Assembly: GCA_964462595.1 (NCBI GenBank)
Contig: CAYWXM010000023.1
Location: 71,543-135,542 of the forward strand
Direction of reading: 5' to 3'
Length of the DNA stretch: 64,000 nt
DNA from: an uncultured Actinomycetota bacterium
Lineage (GTDB): Bacteria > Actinomycetota > Geothermincolia > Geothermincolales > RBG-13-55-18
The notes under the pieces are model-generated. The model made no database searches. It saw only the letters and a program-made list of their open reading frames with translations, and had not been told where the DNA came from. Both the position numbers and the translations under genes were made by a program. Position 1 is the first letter of the stretch. Every line of letters begins with the position of its first letter. Shown here piece after piece: positions 48,587 to 58,646 of this stretch.

Positions 48587-50954
48587 CCGCCTCTCCGCCC
48601 CTCGGTATCTCGCGCATCTCGACGACCTCTATCACGTCGCCTTCCTTGACATCCTGGAAGTTCTCGAGGCCCACTCCACATTCGTATCCCGCAGATACCG
48701 AACGGACATCGTCCTTGAACCTCCGCAGCGAAGAGACCCCGCCTTCGTATATGATCGCTCCATCCCTCACGAGTCTCGTGCGGGAATTCCTGTTTATCTC
48801 GCCTTCCCTTACGTATGCACCGGCGATGACTCCCTGTCGCGGCACGCGGAAAACAGCTCTTACCTCGAGTTCGCCGACCTTTATCTCTTCAAACTCCGGC
48901 TTGAGCATGCCGACTAACGCCGCTTCCAATTCCTCCAGGAGCTGATATATGACACGATAAGTCCTTACTTCCACCTTTTCCTTTGCCGCCATCTCCTGGG
49001 TGCTGGAGTCCGGCCTCACGTTAAAGCCGATGACCACCGCGTTTGATGCCCTGGCGAGCATGATGTCGTTTTCGGTTATGGCCCCTACCCCGGAGTGGAT
49101 GATGTTTACCACGATATCCCCGATCTTTATCTTGGACACGGAGTCCTTCACCGCTTCGACCGAGCCCTGGGTATCGCCCTTGATAATCAGGTTGAACTCC
49201 TGTACTTCTCCTTCCTGGATCTGACGGAATAGATCCTCCAGGGATAGTGTGCGTACCGATTTGCGATCATCTGCCGCCCTTTCCCTGGAAACCCTGGCTT
49301 CGGTTATGGCGCGCGCCTTGCGTTCGTCATCAACCACCGCAAATTCGTCACCGGCCTCGGGCACCATGTTTAATCCGAGGATCTCCGCCGGTGTTGAGGG
49401 CCCGGCCTCTTGCAATGTCCTGCCCTTGTCGTCCAGGAGCGCTCGCACCCTGCCATAGGCTTTACCGGCCATCAAGGCGTCGCCCCGCCTCAAAGTCCCC
49501 CGCTCTACCAAAAGGGTCGCTACCGGCCCCCTCCCCCTGTCAAGTCGCGCCTCCACTATGTTCCCGCTTGCAGGCGCGTTAGGATTCGCCCGGTAATCCT
49601 GGATCTCCGCTATGAGCAGTATCATCTCCAGCAGGTGATCCAGGTTCGTTCCCTGTTTTGCGGAGACGTCCACGTAGACCGTTTCACCGCCCCATTCTTC
49701 TGGAAGCAGGTTGAACTCCGTCAGCTGCTGGCGAACGCGAGTCGGATTGGCCTCAGGCTTGTCGATCTTGTTCACGGCCACAACGATTGGGACCTCGGCC
49801 GCTCGCGCATGATCTATGGCCTCTACCGTCTGCGGCATCACGCCATCATCGGCGGCCACCACGAGCACCGCCATATCGGTAACCCTGGCTCCCCTGGCGC
49901 GCATGGCCGTAAAAGACTCGTGGCCTGGCGTATCGATGAAAGTGATGGTCTTGCCCTCGAACTCGACTACCGAAGCCCCGATATGCTGCGTTATGCCCCC
50001 CATCTCCTCATCCGTTACGGAGGTATTGCGTATGGCATCCAGTAACGACGTCTTGCCATGATCCACGTGTCCCATTACCGTCACCACCGGCGGCCTCGGC
50101 AGCATGGATTCCGGCGCATCCTCTATCTCCGTCAACTCCTCGCCGGGCCGGGATTTTATCTCCAGCTCCACCTTCAGCTCCTCGGCTACCAGCGCCAGGG
50201 CGTCCTCTGAAATGGACTGGTTAACGGTTATCGTCTCTCCAAGATCCATGAGTATGGAGATTATCTGAGATGGCGTCTTGCCGACTCTCTGCGCGAAATC
50301 ACGGACGGTGATGCCCGCCGGCACGCGCAGCTTTTTTTTCATGGGCTTGGTTCCAGGCTCACGCGGTAAGGCGGGTTTTTCCACGTGAGTTGAATCTCGT
50401 CTCCCTTCCCTGCTCCTGAGGGGTTGTCTTTGCTGCGACCTGCCCCCTCTCTTCTGGCCGGCCCTGTCTCTCGGCGCTTCCGGCTTTACCGTGGGTTGCC
50501 GCTGTTGCGGGGCTTTCGGCTTCGTGGCACGGCTTTCTCCTTCAGCGGCTGTTTTATGTCTCTCCGGGGTTGTCTCATGCGCCCTTCCTGTTCCTGCAGC
50601 CCCTTTCGTTTTAGCGCTATCCTGCACTGCCTGTGCCTTGGGTTTTGTGGCTGGCTTCTCCTGCTTTTCCACCTCACGTGCCGGAGCCGTCCTGGCCTTC
50701 GCCTTTGGCGACTGCGAAGGTGGCTTTGTTTCGACCTTGGCTTGTTCCCTGGCCTTGGTCGCAGTCTTCTTCTTCGTCTTTTCCTGCTTCTGAGAGGACA
50801 GCTTTTTCACGGCTGCCTTCTCAATCTCCTCGCTTATAGAGGATAGTGGGTTCTGGATATCCTCACCCATTGACTGCAGGACTTCCAGCAGTTCCTTGCT
50901 GGCAATCCCCAGCTCTTTAGCCAATTGGTGGACTCTCTTTCCCGCCATGCTCAC
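48576..50954 (-). CDS. infB: translation initiation factor IF-2
   Basis: 792-aa ORF with a basic/Pro-rich N-terminal region, a G domain ([22 protein letters not shown]) and C-terminal beta-barrels. Confidence 0.95.
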   Translation of the reverse strand: MSMAGKRVHQLAKELGIASKELLEVLQSMGEDIQNPLSSISEEIEKAAVKKLSSQKQEKTKKKTATKAREQAKVETKPPSQSPKAKARTAPAREVEKQEKPATKPKAQAVQDSAKTKGAAGTGRAHETTPERHKTAAEGESRATKPKAPQQRQPTVKPEAPRDRAGQKRGGRSQQRQPLRSREGRRDSTHVEKPALPREPGTKPMKKKLRVPAGITVRDFAQRVGKTPSQIISILMDLGETITVNQSISEDALALVAEELKVELEIKSRPGEELTEIEDAPESMLPRPPVVTVMGHVDHGKTSLLDAIRNTSVTDEEMGGITQHIGASVVEFEGKTITFIDTPGHESFTAMRARGARVTDMAVLVVAADDGVMPQTVEAIDHARAAEVPIVVAVNKIDKPEANPTRVRQQLTEFNLLPEEWGGETVYVDVSAKQGTNLDHLLEMILLIAEIQDYRANPNAPASGNIVEARLDRGRGPVATLLVERGTLRRGDALMAGKAYGRVRALLDDKGRTLQEAGPSTPAEILGLNMVPEAGDEFAVVDDERKARAITEARVSRERAADDRKSVRTLSLEDLFRQIQEGEVQEFNLIIKGDTQGSVEAVKDSVSKIKIGDIVVNIIHSGVGAITENDIMLARASNAVVIGFNVRPDSSTQEMAAKEKVEVRTYRVIYQLLEELEAALVGMLKPEFEEIKVGELEVRAVFRVPRQGVIAGAYVREGEINRNSRTRLVRDGAIIYEGGVSSLRRFKDDVRSVSAGYECGVGLENFQDVKEGDVIEVVEMREIPRGGEADGS

Positions 50955-51031
50955 TCCCTGTTTGGCCTCAACGAAGCTTTTTTCGATGATCTAGACTCCC
51001 CGTGCAGAAGATATTTCCTAAGGACATCGTA

Positions 51032-52192
51032 TCAAGTCCCGGACGTGTCAGTACCTGCAATATCCTCATCCGGGGCATCAGCGGTTTTCATCATGACTTG
51101 ATTCTCGCCGTCCGTTTCTACAGCCTCATCGCCATCTCCGGCTAAACCCTCCTCATCCTCCAGGCCCTCACGCTGAGTCCCCTCGTCACCTTCTTCAGCA
51201 TGCGCCACATATCCTTCCCTCTCGTCCCTTGCCTGGGATTCGCTCTTGATATCTATTCTCCACCCTGTCAACTTCGCCGCCAAGCGTGCATTCTGCCCTT
51301 CCTTGCCTATAGCCAGGGAAAGCTGGCTTTCGGGGACGATCACTTCCGACAACTCCTCGTCTTCATATACGTTGACCTCTTTTACCTTGGCCGGACTGAG
51401 CGCATTTGAAACGTATTCCCTCGGATCCTCTCTCCAGGGGATGATATCGACCTTTTCGCCTTTAAGCTCGTTAACAACCATGCGTACCCGCGAACCCCTG
51501 GCACCCACACACGCTCCCACCGGATCTATATTGCGGTCGTTTGATACCACCGCGATTTTCGAGCGATGGCCGGGTTCTCTAGCCACCGCCTTGATCTCGA
51601 CGTATCCCTCCGCTATCTCTGGTACTTCCAACTCGAACAGCCGCTTCAGCAATCCAGGATGGGTCCTGGATACGAGGATCTGTGGCCCCTTGCTCGTCTT
51701 CCGGACCTCTACGATATACACTTTTATCCGCATCCCGTGCTTGCACCTCTCCCCCGGCATCTGCTCGGAGACTGGGAGCAGGGCCTCCACCTTTCCCAGG
51801 TCAACAAGGGTATAGCGCTGGTCCGACTGCTGTACTATTCCGGTTACGATATCGCCGGTCTTTTCCCGGTATTCCTCGAACATGAGGTCTCTCTCGGCTT
51901 CTCTGATTCGCTGCAGTATAACCTGTTTGGCTGTTTGGGCGGCGATCCTTCCGAAGTTGCCGGGGGTGACTTCTTCCTCTTTCACCTCTCCGCTGTCTTC
52001 GTCGGCTATTTCCGCGAAAACGTGTATTGACCCCGTTTCCCGGTTCACCTCGACCCGCGCTTCCTCCTCGGTGGAATAATTCTTCTTGTATGCCGAGAGC
52101 AACGCCGCTTCCAGGGCCTGGATGATCGTCTCCGCATCTATGCCCTTTTCGCGCTCGATCTGCCGCAGCGCCTCAAGCCACTCCACATTCAC
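51032..52192 (-). CDS. nusA: transcription termination/antitermination factor NusA, with an acidic C-terminal tail
   Basis: 386-aa ORF with the NusA N-terminal domain and S1 and KH1/KH2 domains, followed by a tail of about 50 aa rich in Glu/Asp/Gly. Confidence 0.95.
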   Translation of the reverse strand: MNVEWLEALRQIEREKGIDAETIIQALEAALLSAYKKNYSTEEEARVEVNRETGSIHVFAEIADEDSGEVKEEEVTPGNFGRIAAQTAKQVILQRIREAERDLMFEEYREKTGDIVTGIVQQSDQRYTLVDLGKVEALLPVSEQMPGERCKHGMRIKVYIVEVRKTSKGPQILVSRTHPGLLKRLFELEVPEIAEGYVEIKAVAREPGHRSKIAVVSNDRNIDPVGACVGARGSRVRMVVNELKGEKVDIIPWREDPREYVSNALSPAKVKEVNVYEDEELSEVIVPESQLSLAIGKEGQNARLAAKLTGWRIDIKSESQARDEREGYVAHAEEGDEGTQREGLEDEEGLAGDGDEAVETDGENQVMMKTADAPDEDIAGTDTSGT

Positions 52193-52222
52193 TCGCGTTC
52201 CCTCCGTTTCCGCGCGTCACGC

Positions 52223-52699
52223 CTACCAGGGGGCATCGAAATAAAGTTTCGTTTTCTTCAAGGCCTGATAGGGAAAGGACATCTCCTCGCCATCGACGAA
52301 AACCGTAATACCCTCTTCGTCTGCTCCCTTCAGCCTGCCGCGTATTTTCTGCCGGCCCTCGAAAGCCTGACGCAATACTATTTCTACCTCCCTGCCCACA
52401 AAGGCGTGGAATTCCCTTGGTTTACGCAGCACACGCTGCAGTCCTGGCGATTCGACCTCCAGGTTATAGCTCTCGCTTATCACATCCTCGACATCGAGGT
52501 GGCGGCTTATCTCTTCGCTCATCCCCGCGCAGGTATCCACGTCGATACCCCCCTCCCTGTCGAGGCATACCGTTACCACCAGCCGCTTACCCCTTCTCTC
52601 GACATCAACCGATACAAGGCGCAGCCCCGCATCCGCCACCAGGGGGTCTATCGTTTCCTCCAGAAGGCTTTCAATATCCTTCAATGGTTGTACGTGCAT
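52223..52699 (-). CDS. rimP: ribosome maturation factor RimP
   Basis: It has the RimP N-domain and Sm-like C-domain. The probable start is the ATG at 52697-52699 (preceded by GATGATGAGGCGG). The listed ORF start (52732) lies inside the T-tract of the leader terminator. Confidence 0.85.
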   Translation of the reverse strand: MHVQPLKDIESLLEETIDPLVADAGLRLVSVDVERRGKRLVVTVCLDREGGIDVDTCAGMSEEISRHLDVEDVISESYNLEVESPGLQRVLRKPREFHAFVGREVEIVLRQAFEGRQKIRGRLKGADEEGITVFVDGEEMSFPYQALKKTKLYFDAPW

Positions 52700-52734
52700 T
52701 AACCGCCTCATCATCAAATAAAAAGTGGGCAATC

Positions 52735-52761
52735 GCCCACTCGGCTCCCTTGTTCGCTCTT
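52735..52761 (-). terminator. intrinsic terminator hairpin in the rimP-nusA leader
   Basis: The reverse strand reads AGTGGGC-gatt-GCCCACT (perfect 7-bp stem) followed by TTTTTATTT, about 25 nt upstream of the rimP start codon. Confidence 0.55.
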
Positions 52762-52999
52762 ATACCTTTGAAGTATAGCATATCCCGCTTTTTCCGGGCA
52801 ACTTGCGTTTCAAGCATCAAATGGCCTTTTAACAGGTAAAATACAATCTCTTTCCAAGGTTCGCTCGCTCACTATCACTGCTCGCCCTGCTGGCCGGCGG
52901 GCGACCCGGCGTACATGGAATAAGCTATGGCCTCGAGGCTGTGCCACGCATATAATAATTAGCGTTATCCAGACGACAAGGAAAGGAACGTGGATTCCC

Positions 53000-55078
53000 A
53001 TGGACAGGTTCGTGATGGAGAAGATTCGTAACGTTGCCCTATTTGGCCATGGAGATTCCGGCAAGACCTCCCTGGCCGAGGCCATGCTTTTCAATGCAGG
53101 GGTTATAAAGCGCATGGGACGTGTTGACGAGGGCAATACGGCGAGCGATTTTGACCCCGACGAGCAGAAACGCGGCATCTCCGTTAACGCGACCCCGCTG
53201 GTCATGGAATGGAAGGGTTACAAGATAAATCTCCTGGATACTCCCGGTTTCGCTGACTTCATGGGAGAGGTTACATCAGCTCTCAGGGTTATAGACGGAG
53301 CTGTTTTCGTGATATCGGCAGTCAGCGGAGTCGAGGTGCAGACGGAGCTCATTTGGAAGATGGCGGATTCGTACGGTTACCCCCGCATCGTCTTCGTCAA
53401 CAAGATGGACAGGGAAAACGCAAGCTTCCAGCGCTGCCTCGAGCAATTGCAGCAGCTCTATGGCTCAAGCGTCATCCCCTTCCAGCTTCCCATCGGCGAG
53501 GAGCACGACTTTCGCGGCGTTGTCGATCTCATCACCGCAAAGGCCTATATCTATGAAGAAGACGGCAAGGCACGAGAGTCGGAGGTCCCGCAGGAGCTTT
53601 CGGAGCGCGTTCAGGAAGCACGCGAAAAGATAATCGAGGGGGCTGCCGAGTCCAACGATGAGCTCATGGAAAAATACCTCGAGGAGGAGGAACTCGATGA
53701 GCATGAGGTCTTGTCCGCACTTCTGAGCGGAGTTTCCAAGGGGGTCATCGTGCCCGTTCTATGCGGCAGCGCTACCCATAATATCGCCATCGATACCCTT
53801 GCCAATGCCATCGTCAATTCCCTTCCCTCACCGGCCCGTCTGGAAGAGATCCTGGGGACAAAGAAAGGTAGCGACGATGAGATCTCGTTTAAGGCAAGCG
53901 ATGACTCTCCCCTGGCGGCTCTGGTCTTCAGCACCATTTCGGATCCTTATGTGGGAAAACTTACTTACTTCCGCGTGTTTTCGGGCTCCCTGTCCTCGGA
54001 CAGCACGGTCTATAATCCCAACCGCGATAAAGAAGAACGCGTGGGGCAGGTGTTCATAATCCGCGGTAAGAACCAGATAGTCGTGCGTGAGATCCCGGCT
54101 GGCGATATGGGGGGGGTAGCCAAGCTCACGGACACCTCTACGGGAGATACCCTTTGCGATAAAGAGAACCCCATCGTGCTCCCGAGCATCGACTTCCCCG
54201 AGCCCATCATGTCACTCGCGGTGGAGCCGAAAACCAAGGGCGACGAGGATAAGCTATCCGTCGCTCTTTCGCGCGTAAGCGAAGAGGACCCTACTTTCCA
54301 CGTGCGCAGGGATACTGAGGTCAAGCAGACCATAGTCTCCGGTATGGGCGAGGCGCATCTCGATATCATGATGGAGCGTATGGCGCGCAAATTCGGCGTG
54401 AACGTGAATACCGAACTCCCCCTCGTCCCTTACAAGGAAACCATCCGCAGGAGCGCCAGGGCCGAGGGAAAGCACAAGAAGCAGACGGGCGGACATGGCC
54501 AGTTCGGTATCGCCTGGGTCGAGCTGGAACCCCGGGAAAAGGGATCGGGGTTCGAATTTGTCGACAAGATCGTTGGTGGCGTCATACCCAGGCAATTCAT
54601 CCCTTCCGTCGAAAAAGGAGTGCGCAAGGCGATGGATGAAGGTATCCTTGCCGGCTTCCCGGTGGTCGATATGCGTGCCACCGTCTACGATGGCAAGTAC
54701 CACCCCGTTGACTCATCGGATATTTCTTTCCAGATAGCCGGTGCCCTGGCGCTGAAGAACGCCATGGACAACGCGGAGCCCTATCTTCTTGAACCTATAA
54801 TGAACGTGGAGATAATGGTCCCGGAAGCATACATGGGAGACGTGATCGGCGACTTGAACGCGAAGCGAGGCCGCATACTGGGCATGGAGTCCGAGGGAGG
54901 GCTACAACTCGTGAGGGCTCAGGTTCCCATGTCCGAGATGTTGCGTTATTCCATCGATCTGCGTTCGATCACCGGCGGGAGGGGCACTTTCCGTATGAGT
55001 TACTCTCATTATGAGGAAGTACCGTCTCATATCGCCTCGAAGATAATAGAGGCAGGGAAGGAAGCCAAGAAGGAATGA
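53000..55078 (+). CDS. elongation factor G family GTPase (EF-G paralogue)
   Basis: 692-aa ORF with G1 GHGDSGKTSL, DTPGFADF and NKMD motifs and EF-G domains II to V. It stands alone, not in an rpsL-rpsG-fusA-tuf context. Confidence 0.85.
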   Translation: MDRFVMEKIRNVALFGHGDSGKTSLAEAMLFNAGVIKRMGRVDEGNTASDFDPDEQKRGISVNATPLVMEWKGYKINLLDTPGFADFMGEVTSALRVIDGAVFVISAVSGVEVQTELIWKMADSYGYPRIVFVNKMDRENASFQRCLEQLQQLYGSSVIPFQLPIGEEHDFRGVVDLITAKAYIYEEDGKARESEVPQELSERVQEAREKIIEGAAESNDELMEKYLEEEELDEHEVLSALLSGVSKGVIVPVLCGSATHNIAIDTLANAIVNSLPSPARLEEILGTKKGSDDEISFKASDDSPLAALVFSTISDPYVGKLTYFRVFSGSLSSDSTVYNPNRDKEERVGQVFIIRGKNQIVVREIPAGDMGGVAKLTDTSTGDTLCDKENPIVLPSIDFPEPIMSLAVEPKTKGDEDKLSVALSRVSEEDPTFHVRRDTEVKQTIVSGMGEAHLDIMMERMARKFGVNVNTELPLVPYKETIRRSARAEGKHKKQTGGHGQFGIAWVELEPREKGSGFEFVDKIVGGVIPRQFIPSVEKGVRKAMDEGILAGFPVVDMRATVYDGKYHPVDSSDISFQIAGALALKNAMDNAEPYLLEPIMNVEIMVPEAYMGDVIGDLNAKRGRILGMESEGGLQLVRAQVPMSEMLRYSIDLRSITGGRGTFRMSYSHYEEVPSHIASKIIEAGKEAKKE

Positions 55079-55308
55079 GGCCCCGTCAGAAAACCCCGGT
55101 TTTATATGCGCTCTTGCGTTAATCCTTCGCCAGTAACGCAGTTGATCCTGCTGATGACCAGCGTCTGAAACCGCGCGCCCGACAAAGCCGCTCCGGTTCG
55201 GGTTTCTTCGTACGCGAGCATGCCTTCCCGGTCTCTGAAGGAAAACAGCGACCCTTCAACCCCTGGCAGGACACCTCGTTATTGCATCGCCCAGGGAAAC
55301 AGGCCCGC

Positions 55309-55815
55309 CTAATGCTCTCCCGGGAGGAAAGCCCTGAACGCACGCAGCAACCTGTCGTACGTGTCCTCGATGTTCTCGGGCATAACCTTAGCGTCGCCTA
55401 CCACGGTCATGAAATTGCTATCTCCCTTCCAGCGAGGAACTATATGCACGTGAACGTGCCGGTCAAATCCCGCACCCGCCACTTTGCCCACATTGATTCC
55501 CAGGTTAAAACCCTGGGGGCGCATTTCCTCCTTGATGACCCTGACGGCTGTTGTGGCGAGGTTCATCATCTCCAGTATCTCCTCACCGTCAAGATCTTCC
55601 AGCTCCCCCACGTGGCGGAAAGGGGCTACCATGACATGCCCGGTATTGTATGGATACAGGTTCATGATTATATATGCCGTCTTGCCGCGATGCAGGATAA
55701 GGGAAGCACGGTCGTCGCCGGCGGCGGGCTTGGTACAGAAGATGCATCCCTTTTCTCGTATGCTCTCGATATTACGCACGTATGCGTTCCTCCAGGGTCT
55801 CCAAAGCCTTTCCAT
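55309..55815 (-). CDS. HIT-family protein, Ap4A-phosphorylase/GalT-like branch
   Basis: 168-aa ORF with the histidine triad HVHVHIV. It lies immediately downstream of thrS (a 4-nt gap). Confidence 0.75.
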   Translation of the reverse strand: MERLWRPWRNAYVRNIESIREKGCIFCTKPAAGDDRASLILHRGKTAYIIMNLYPYNTGHVMVAPFRHVGELEDLDGEEILEMMNLATTAVRVIKEEMRPQGFNLGINVGKVAGAGFDRHVHVHIVPRWKGDSNFMTVVGDAKVMPENIEDTYDRLLRAFRAFLPGEH

Positions 55816-55818
55816 GGA

Positions 55819-57738
55819 TTAATCCAGTGCGCTCGACTTGCTTTTATCCGCCACCATCTTCATCACTTTCTCCACGAATTCTTCCAGGGGCATTCCCCTT
55901 CTCTCCAGGCCACTCCTGTCTCGCGCTGAAATAGTCCCGTTTTCCACCTCTTTATCACCTACCACGATGGAGAACGGTACCTTTTGCATCTGGGCGCGGC
56001 GGATTTTCATGTTAACCGTCTGACGGTCGTCGTCAACCTCGACCCTGAGCCCCGCTGCGAGCATGGCTTTTTCTACCTCCCGGGCGTATTCTATATGCCG
56101 ATCCGCCACGGGAATCATCACCGCCTGAACCGGGGCCAGCCATAACGGGAACTCGCCGGCATAATGTTCGATCAGGACACCGAAAAAACGCTCTATGCCT
56201 GCCAGGACCACACGGTGGATCATAACCGGACGGTGTGGCTTGTTATCCGCCCCGGCATAAGTGAGGTCGAAACGCTCGGGCAGGTTGAAGTCAGCCTGAA
56301 CGGTCGGTCCCTGCCATGACCTGCCGATGGCGTCCTTGAGCTTGATGTCTATCTTGGGCCCGTAGAAAACACCCTCCCCGGGATCCACTTCGAAGGGTAT
56401 TCCCAGATCCTCGAGGGCTTGTCCCAGCACCGCCGTGGCTTTCTCCCATAGTTCGTCGCCTCCGACTGCGTTCTGGGGGCGCGTACTCAAGTAGACCTCG
56501 AAATCCTCGAATCCGAAAGATCTCAGGGAATAGAAGGCGAACTCCAGGCACTCTCCCACCTGCTCCTCCAGCTGTTCCTCGGTGCATATTATATGCGCGT
56601 CATCCTGGGTGAAACCCCGCACCCGCAAAAGACCGTGCAATACGCCCGAGCGCTCGTATCTGTACACCGTACCCAACTCGAAATATTTAAGCGGCAGATC
56701 GCGGTAGCTGCGTGGACGGGTCTTGTATATGAGCAGGTGGCCGGGGCAATTCATGGGCTTGACCACGTATTCCATGCCGTCCTTCTCGAAGTAGTACATG
56801 TTTTCCTTGTAGTAATCCATGTGCCCGGATATGTGCCAGAGTTGCCCCTTGAAGAGATGTGGCGTTACCACCATCTGGTAACCGCGTTTTCTATGCTCCA
56901 GCCTTAAGAAATCCTCAATCACTTCTCTGATCGCGGCACCCTTGGGGTGGTAGAAAACCACCCCCGGACCGGCTTCCTCGTGAAAGCTGAACAGATCCAT
57001 CTCTTTCCCGAGCCGCCTGTGATCCCTGCGTTCGGCTTCCTGTAGAAAGGACAGGTAATCCAACATCTCGGATTCTACGTCGAAGGCCGTGCCGTAAATA
57101 CGCTGTAACATAGGCCTTTTTTCGTCGCCCCGCCAGTAAGCACCTGCCAGGTTCAGCAGTTTGAAATAACGCAGCCTTCCCGTGGAGGCTAGATGCGGCC
57201 CCCTGCACAGGTCCACAAAATCTCCCTGCCGGTAAACCGATACCTTTTCATCGTCCATGTCCTCCAGGAGTTCCACCTTGTAGTCCTGCCCGAGGTCGCG
57301 GAAGAATGATATAGCCCTGTCACGCTCCCACACCTCTCTGAACAAAGGAAGGTCCCTCTCCACTATCTCCGCCATGCGCGATTCGATCAGCGGGAGATCT
57401 TCTGGCGACAGGCTCTGCGCCAGGTCAAAATCATAGTAGAACCCCTCATCGATGGCCGGCCCTATCGCATATTTTGTTCCCGGGAACAGCTCTAGTACCG
57501 CCTGGGCCATGACGTGGGCTGCGGTATGGCGATATACCTGGGATGCTCCCTCGTCCCCCCAAGATACTATCTCGAGCTTTCCCTCCTCCAGCGGGGCGGT
57601 GATGTCAACCAGGCTACCATTAAGCCTTGCCGCGATCGCAGATGCGGCCATCTCCGGGTCGATCTCGCTGATCAGATCCCCGACACTTTTCCCCGCTGAG
57701 GCCTCAACTTCGGTCGAACCCGCAATGACTACCTTCAA
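55819..57738 (-). CDS. thrS: threonine--tRNA ligase
   Basis: 639-aa ORF with a TGS N-terminal domain, a second additional domain with HxxxH-type zinc residues, class II core motifs and an anticodon-binding C-terminal domain. Confidence 0.95.
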   Translation of the reverse strand: MKVVIAGSTEVEASAGKSVGDLISEIDPEMAASAIAARLNGSLVDITAPLEEGKLEIVSWGDEGASQVYRHTAAHVMAQAVLELFPGTKYAIGPAIDEGFYYDFDLAQSLSPEDLPLIESRMAEIVERDLPLFREVWERDRAISFFRDLGQDYKVELLEDMDDEKVSVYRQGDFVDLCRGPHLASTGRLRYFKLLNLAGAYWRGDEKRPMLQRIYGTAFDVESEMLDYLSFLQEAERRDHRRLGKEMDLFSFHEEAGPGVVFYHPKGAAIREVIEDFLRLEHRKRGYQMVVTPHLFKGQLWHISGHMDYYKENMYYFEKDGMEYVVKPMNCPGHLLIYKTRPRSYRDLPLKYFELGTVYRYERSGVLHGLLRVRGFTQDDAHIICTEEQLEEQVGECLEFAFYSLRSFGFEDFEVYLSTRPQNAVGGDELWEKATAVLGQALEDLGIPFEVDPGEGVFYGPKIDIKLKDAIGRSWQGPTVQADFNLPERFDLTYAGADNKPHRPVMIHRVVLAGIERFFGVLIEHYAGEFPLWLAPVQAVMIPVADRHIEYAREVEKAMLAAGLRVEVDDDRQTVNMKIRRAQMQKVPFSIVVGDKEVENGTISARDRSGLERRGMPLEEFVEKVMKMVADKSKSSALD

Positions 57739-57746
57739 TCCTCCTC

Positions 57747-58322
57747 CTAGCTGCTCCTGAGTATTATCTCCAATTCCAGATCATCGAGGTGGGTTATAGA
57801 ACCTTCGCCGATGATCCGGGTGCTGAGCGACAGGTCGCTTCCTTTGTTGCTTAAATCCTCTCCTAAAAACGCCAGTATCTTCATGGCATAGGTAATTGCC
57901 TGGCGCCCATGGGCGTGAACGCGTGGGCACTGACCTTTGCCGAGTTGGTCTTCAAGGCTGCGCATGACCGCCGCCCCGTCCGATTCAGAGGTTATCGTTA
58001 TCGCTTCAACCGCCAAGTTCTCATCTTCCTTTTGCCTGGTGGTTCTGGACTCCTCCTCTATCCTCTCGATCTCCTCTTCCGAGACCATCAGGGAATCGAG
58101 ATCCTCGAAGACGAATCCACACCTCAAGCAGAACTGCGAATCAAGTGGGCTCAAGGAATAGCAGCTGGGGCAGCGCAATTTCGCCCCGCTGTGCTTCTCC
58201 TGCATGCGGCTCGCGGCTTCATCCACATCGCTCGACCTCAAGGAGACCTGAAAACGCGTGTAACACAATGAGCAGAACTCGGCATCGTCCGGGTTCTCAG
58301 CATGACATTTAGGACATTTCAT
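57747..58322 (-). CDS. double zinc-ribbon domain protein of unknown function
   Basis: 191-aa ORF with two CxxC...CxxC zinc-ribbon modules (CPKCH...CSLC and CPSCY...CLRCG), an acidic central region and an unrecognised C-terminal domain. It ends 9 nt before thrS. Confidence 0.55.
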   Translation of the reverse strand: MKCPKCHAENPDDAEFCSLCYTRFQVSLRSSDVDEAASRMQEKHSGAKLRCPSCYSLSPLDSQFCLRCGFVFEDLDSLMVSEEEIERIEEESRTTRQKEDENLAVEAITITSESDGAAVMRSLEDQLGKGQCPRVHAHGRQAITYAMKILAFLGEDLSNKGSDLSLSTRIIGEGSITHLDDLELEIILRSS

Positions 58323-58498
58323 GATTACCCCCGGGTATTCCCTTTCAACTCGGAAAGGCCCGGCACCCCGCGAAAGCCTTGGTCCCGAGAATGCCGTTTC
58401 TTTATCACCCTGCTGCCCGCTCTCCTAAGCGGCTTTTACCTTACTTAGCGGATGGTTCACGAGCCGGTTGATTCCATGACTCACCGTCTGTTGCTTTA

Positions 58499-58573
58499 TG
58501 GTGGGCGCGGAGGGGATTGAACCCACGGCCTCTTCCGCGTCAAGGAAGCGCTCTCCCTCTGAGCTACGCGCCC
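58499..58573 (-). tRNA. tRNA-Val (anticodon GAC)
   Basis: The reverse strand reads GGGCGCGTAGCTCAGAGGGAGAGCGCTTCCTTGACGCGGAAGAGGCCGTGGGTTCAATCCCCTCCGCGCCCACCA. It forms a cloverleaf with a 7-bp acceptor stem, anticodon loop TTGACGC and encoded CCA. There is one U-U mismatch in the T-stem. Confidence 0.8.
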
Positions 58574-58646
58574 ATAACGCTAATATTCTCTGCGATTTAC
58601 GCTCATTTCGCAACAGCGTTCAAAGTATGGTTAAGTTTAAGAGTTC

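Noticed and set aside
57739-58498. Possible T-box leader upstream of thrS
   Set aside because: I found no T-box consensus (AATTAGGGTGGTACCGCG-like) on the minus strand. The space is occupied by a coherent 191-aa zinc-ribbon ORF and the tRNA-Val gene.
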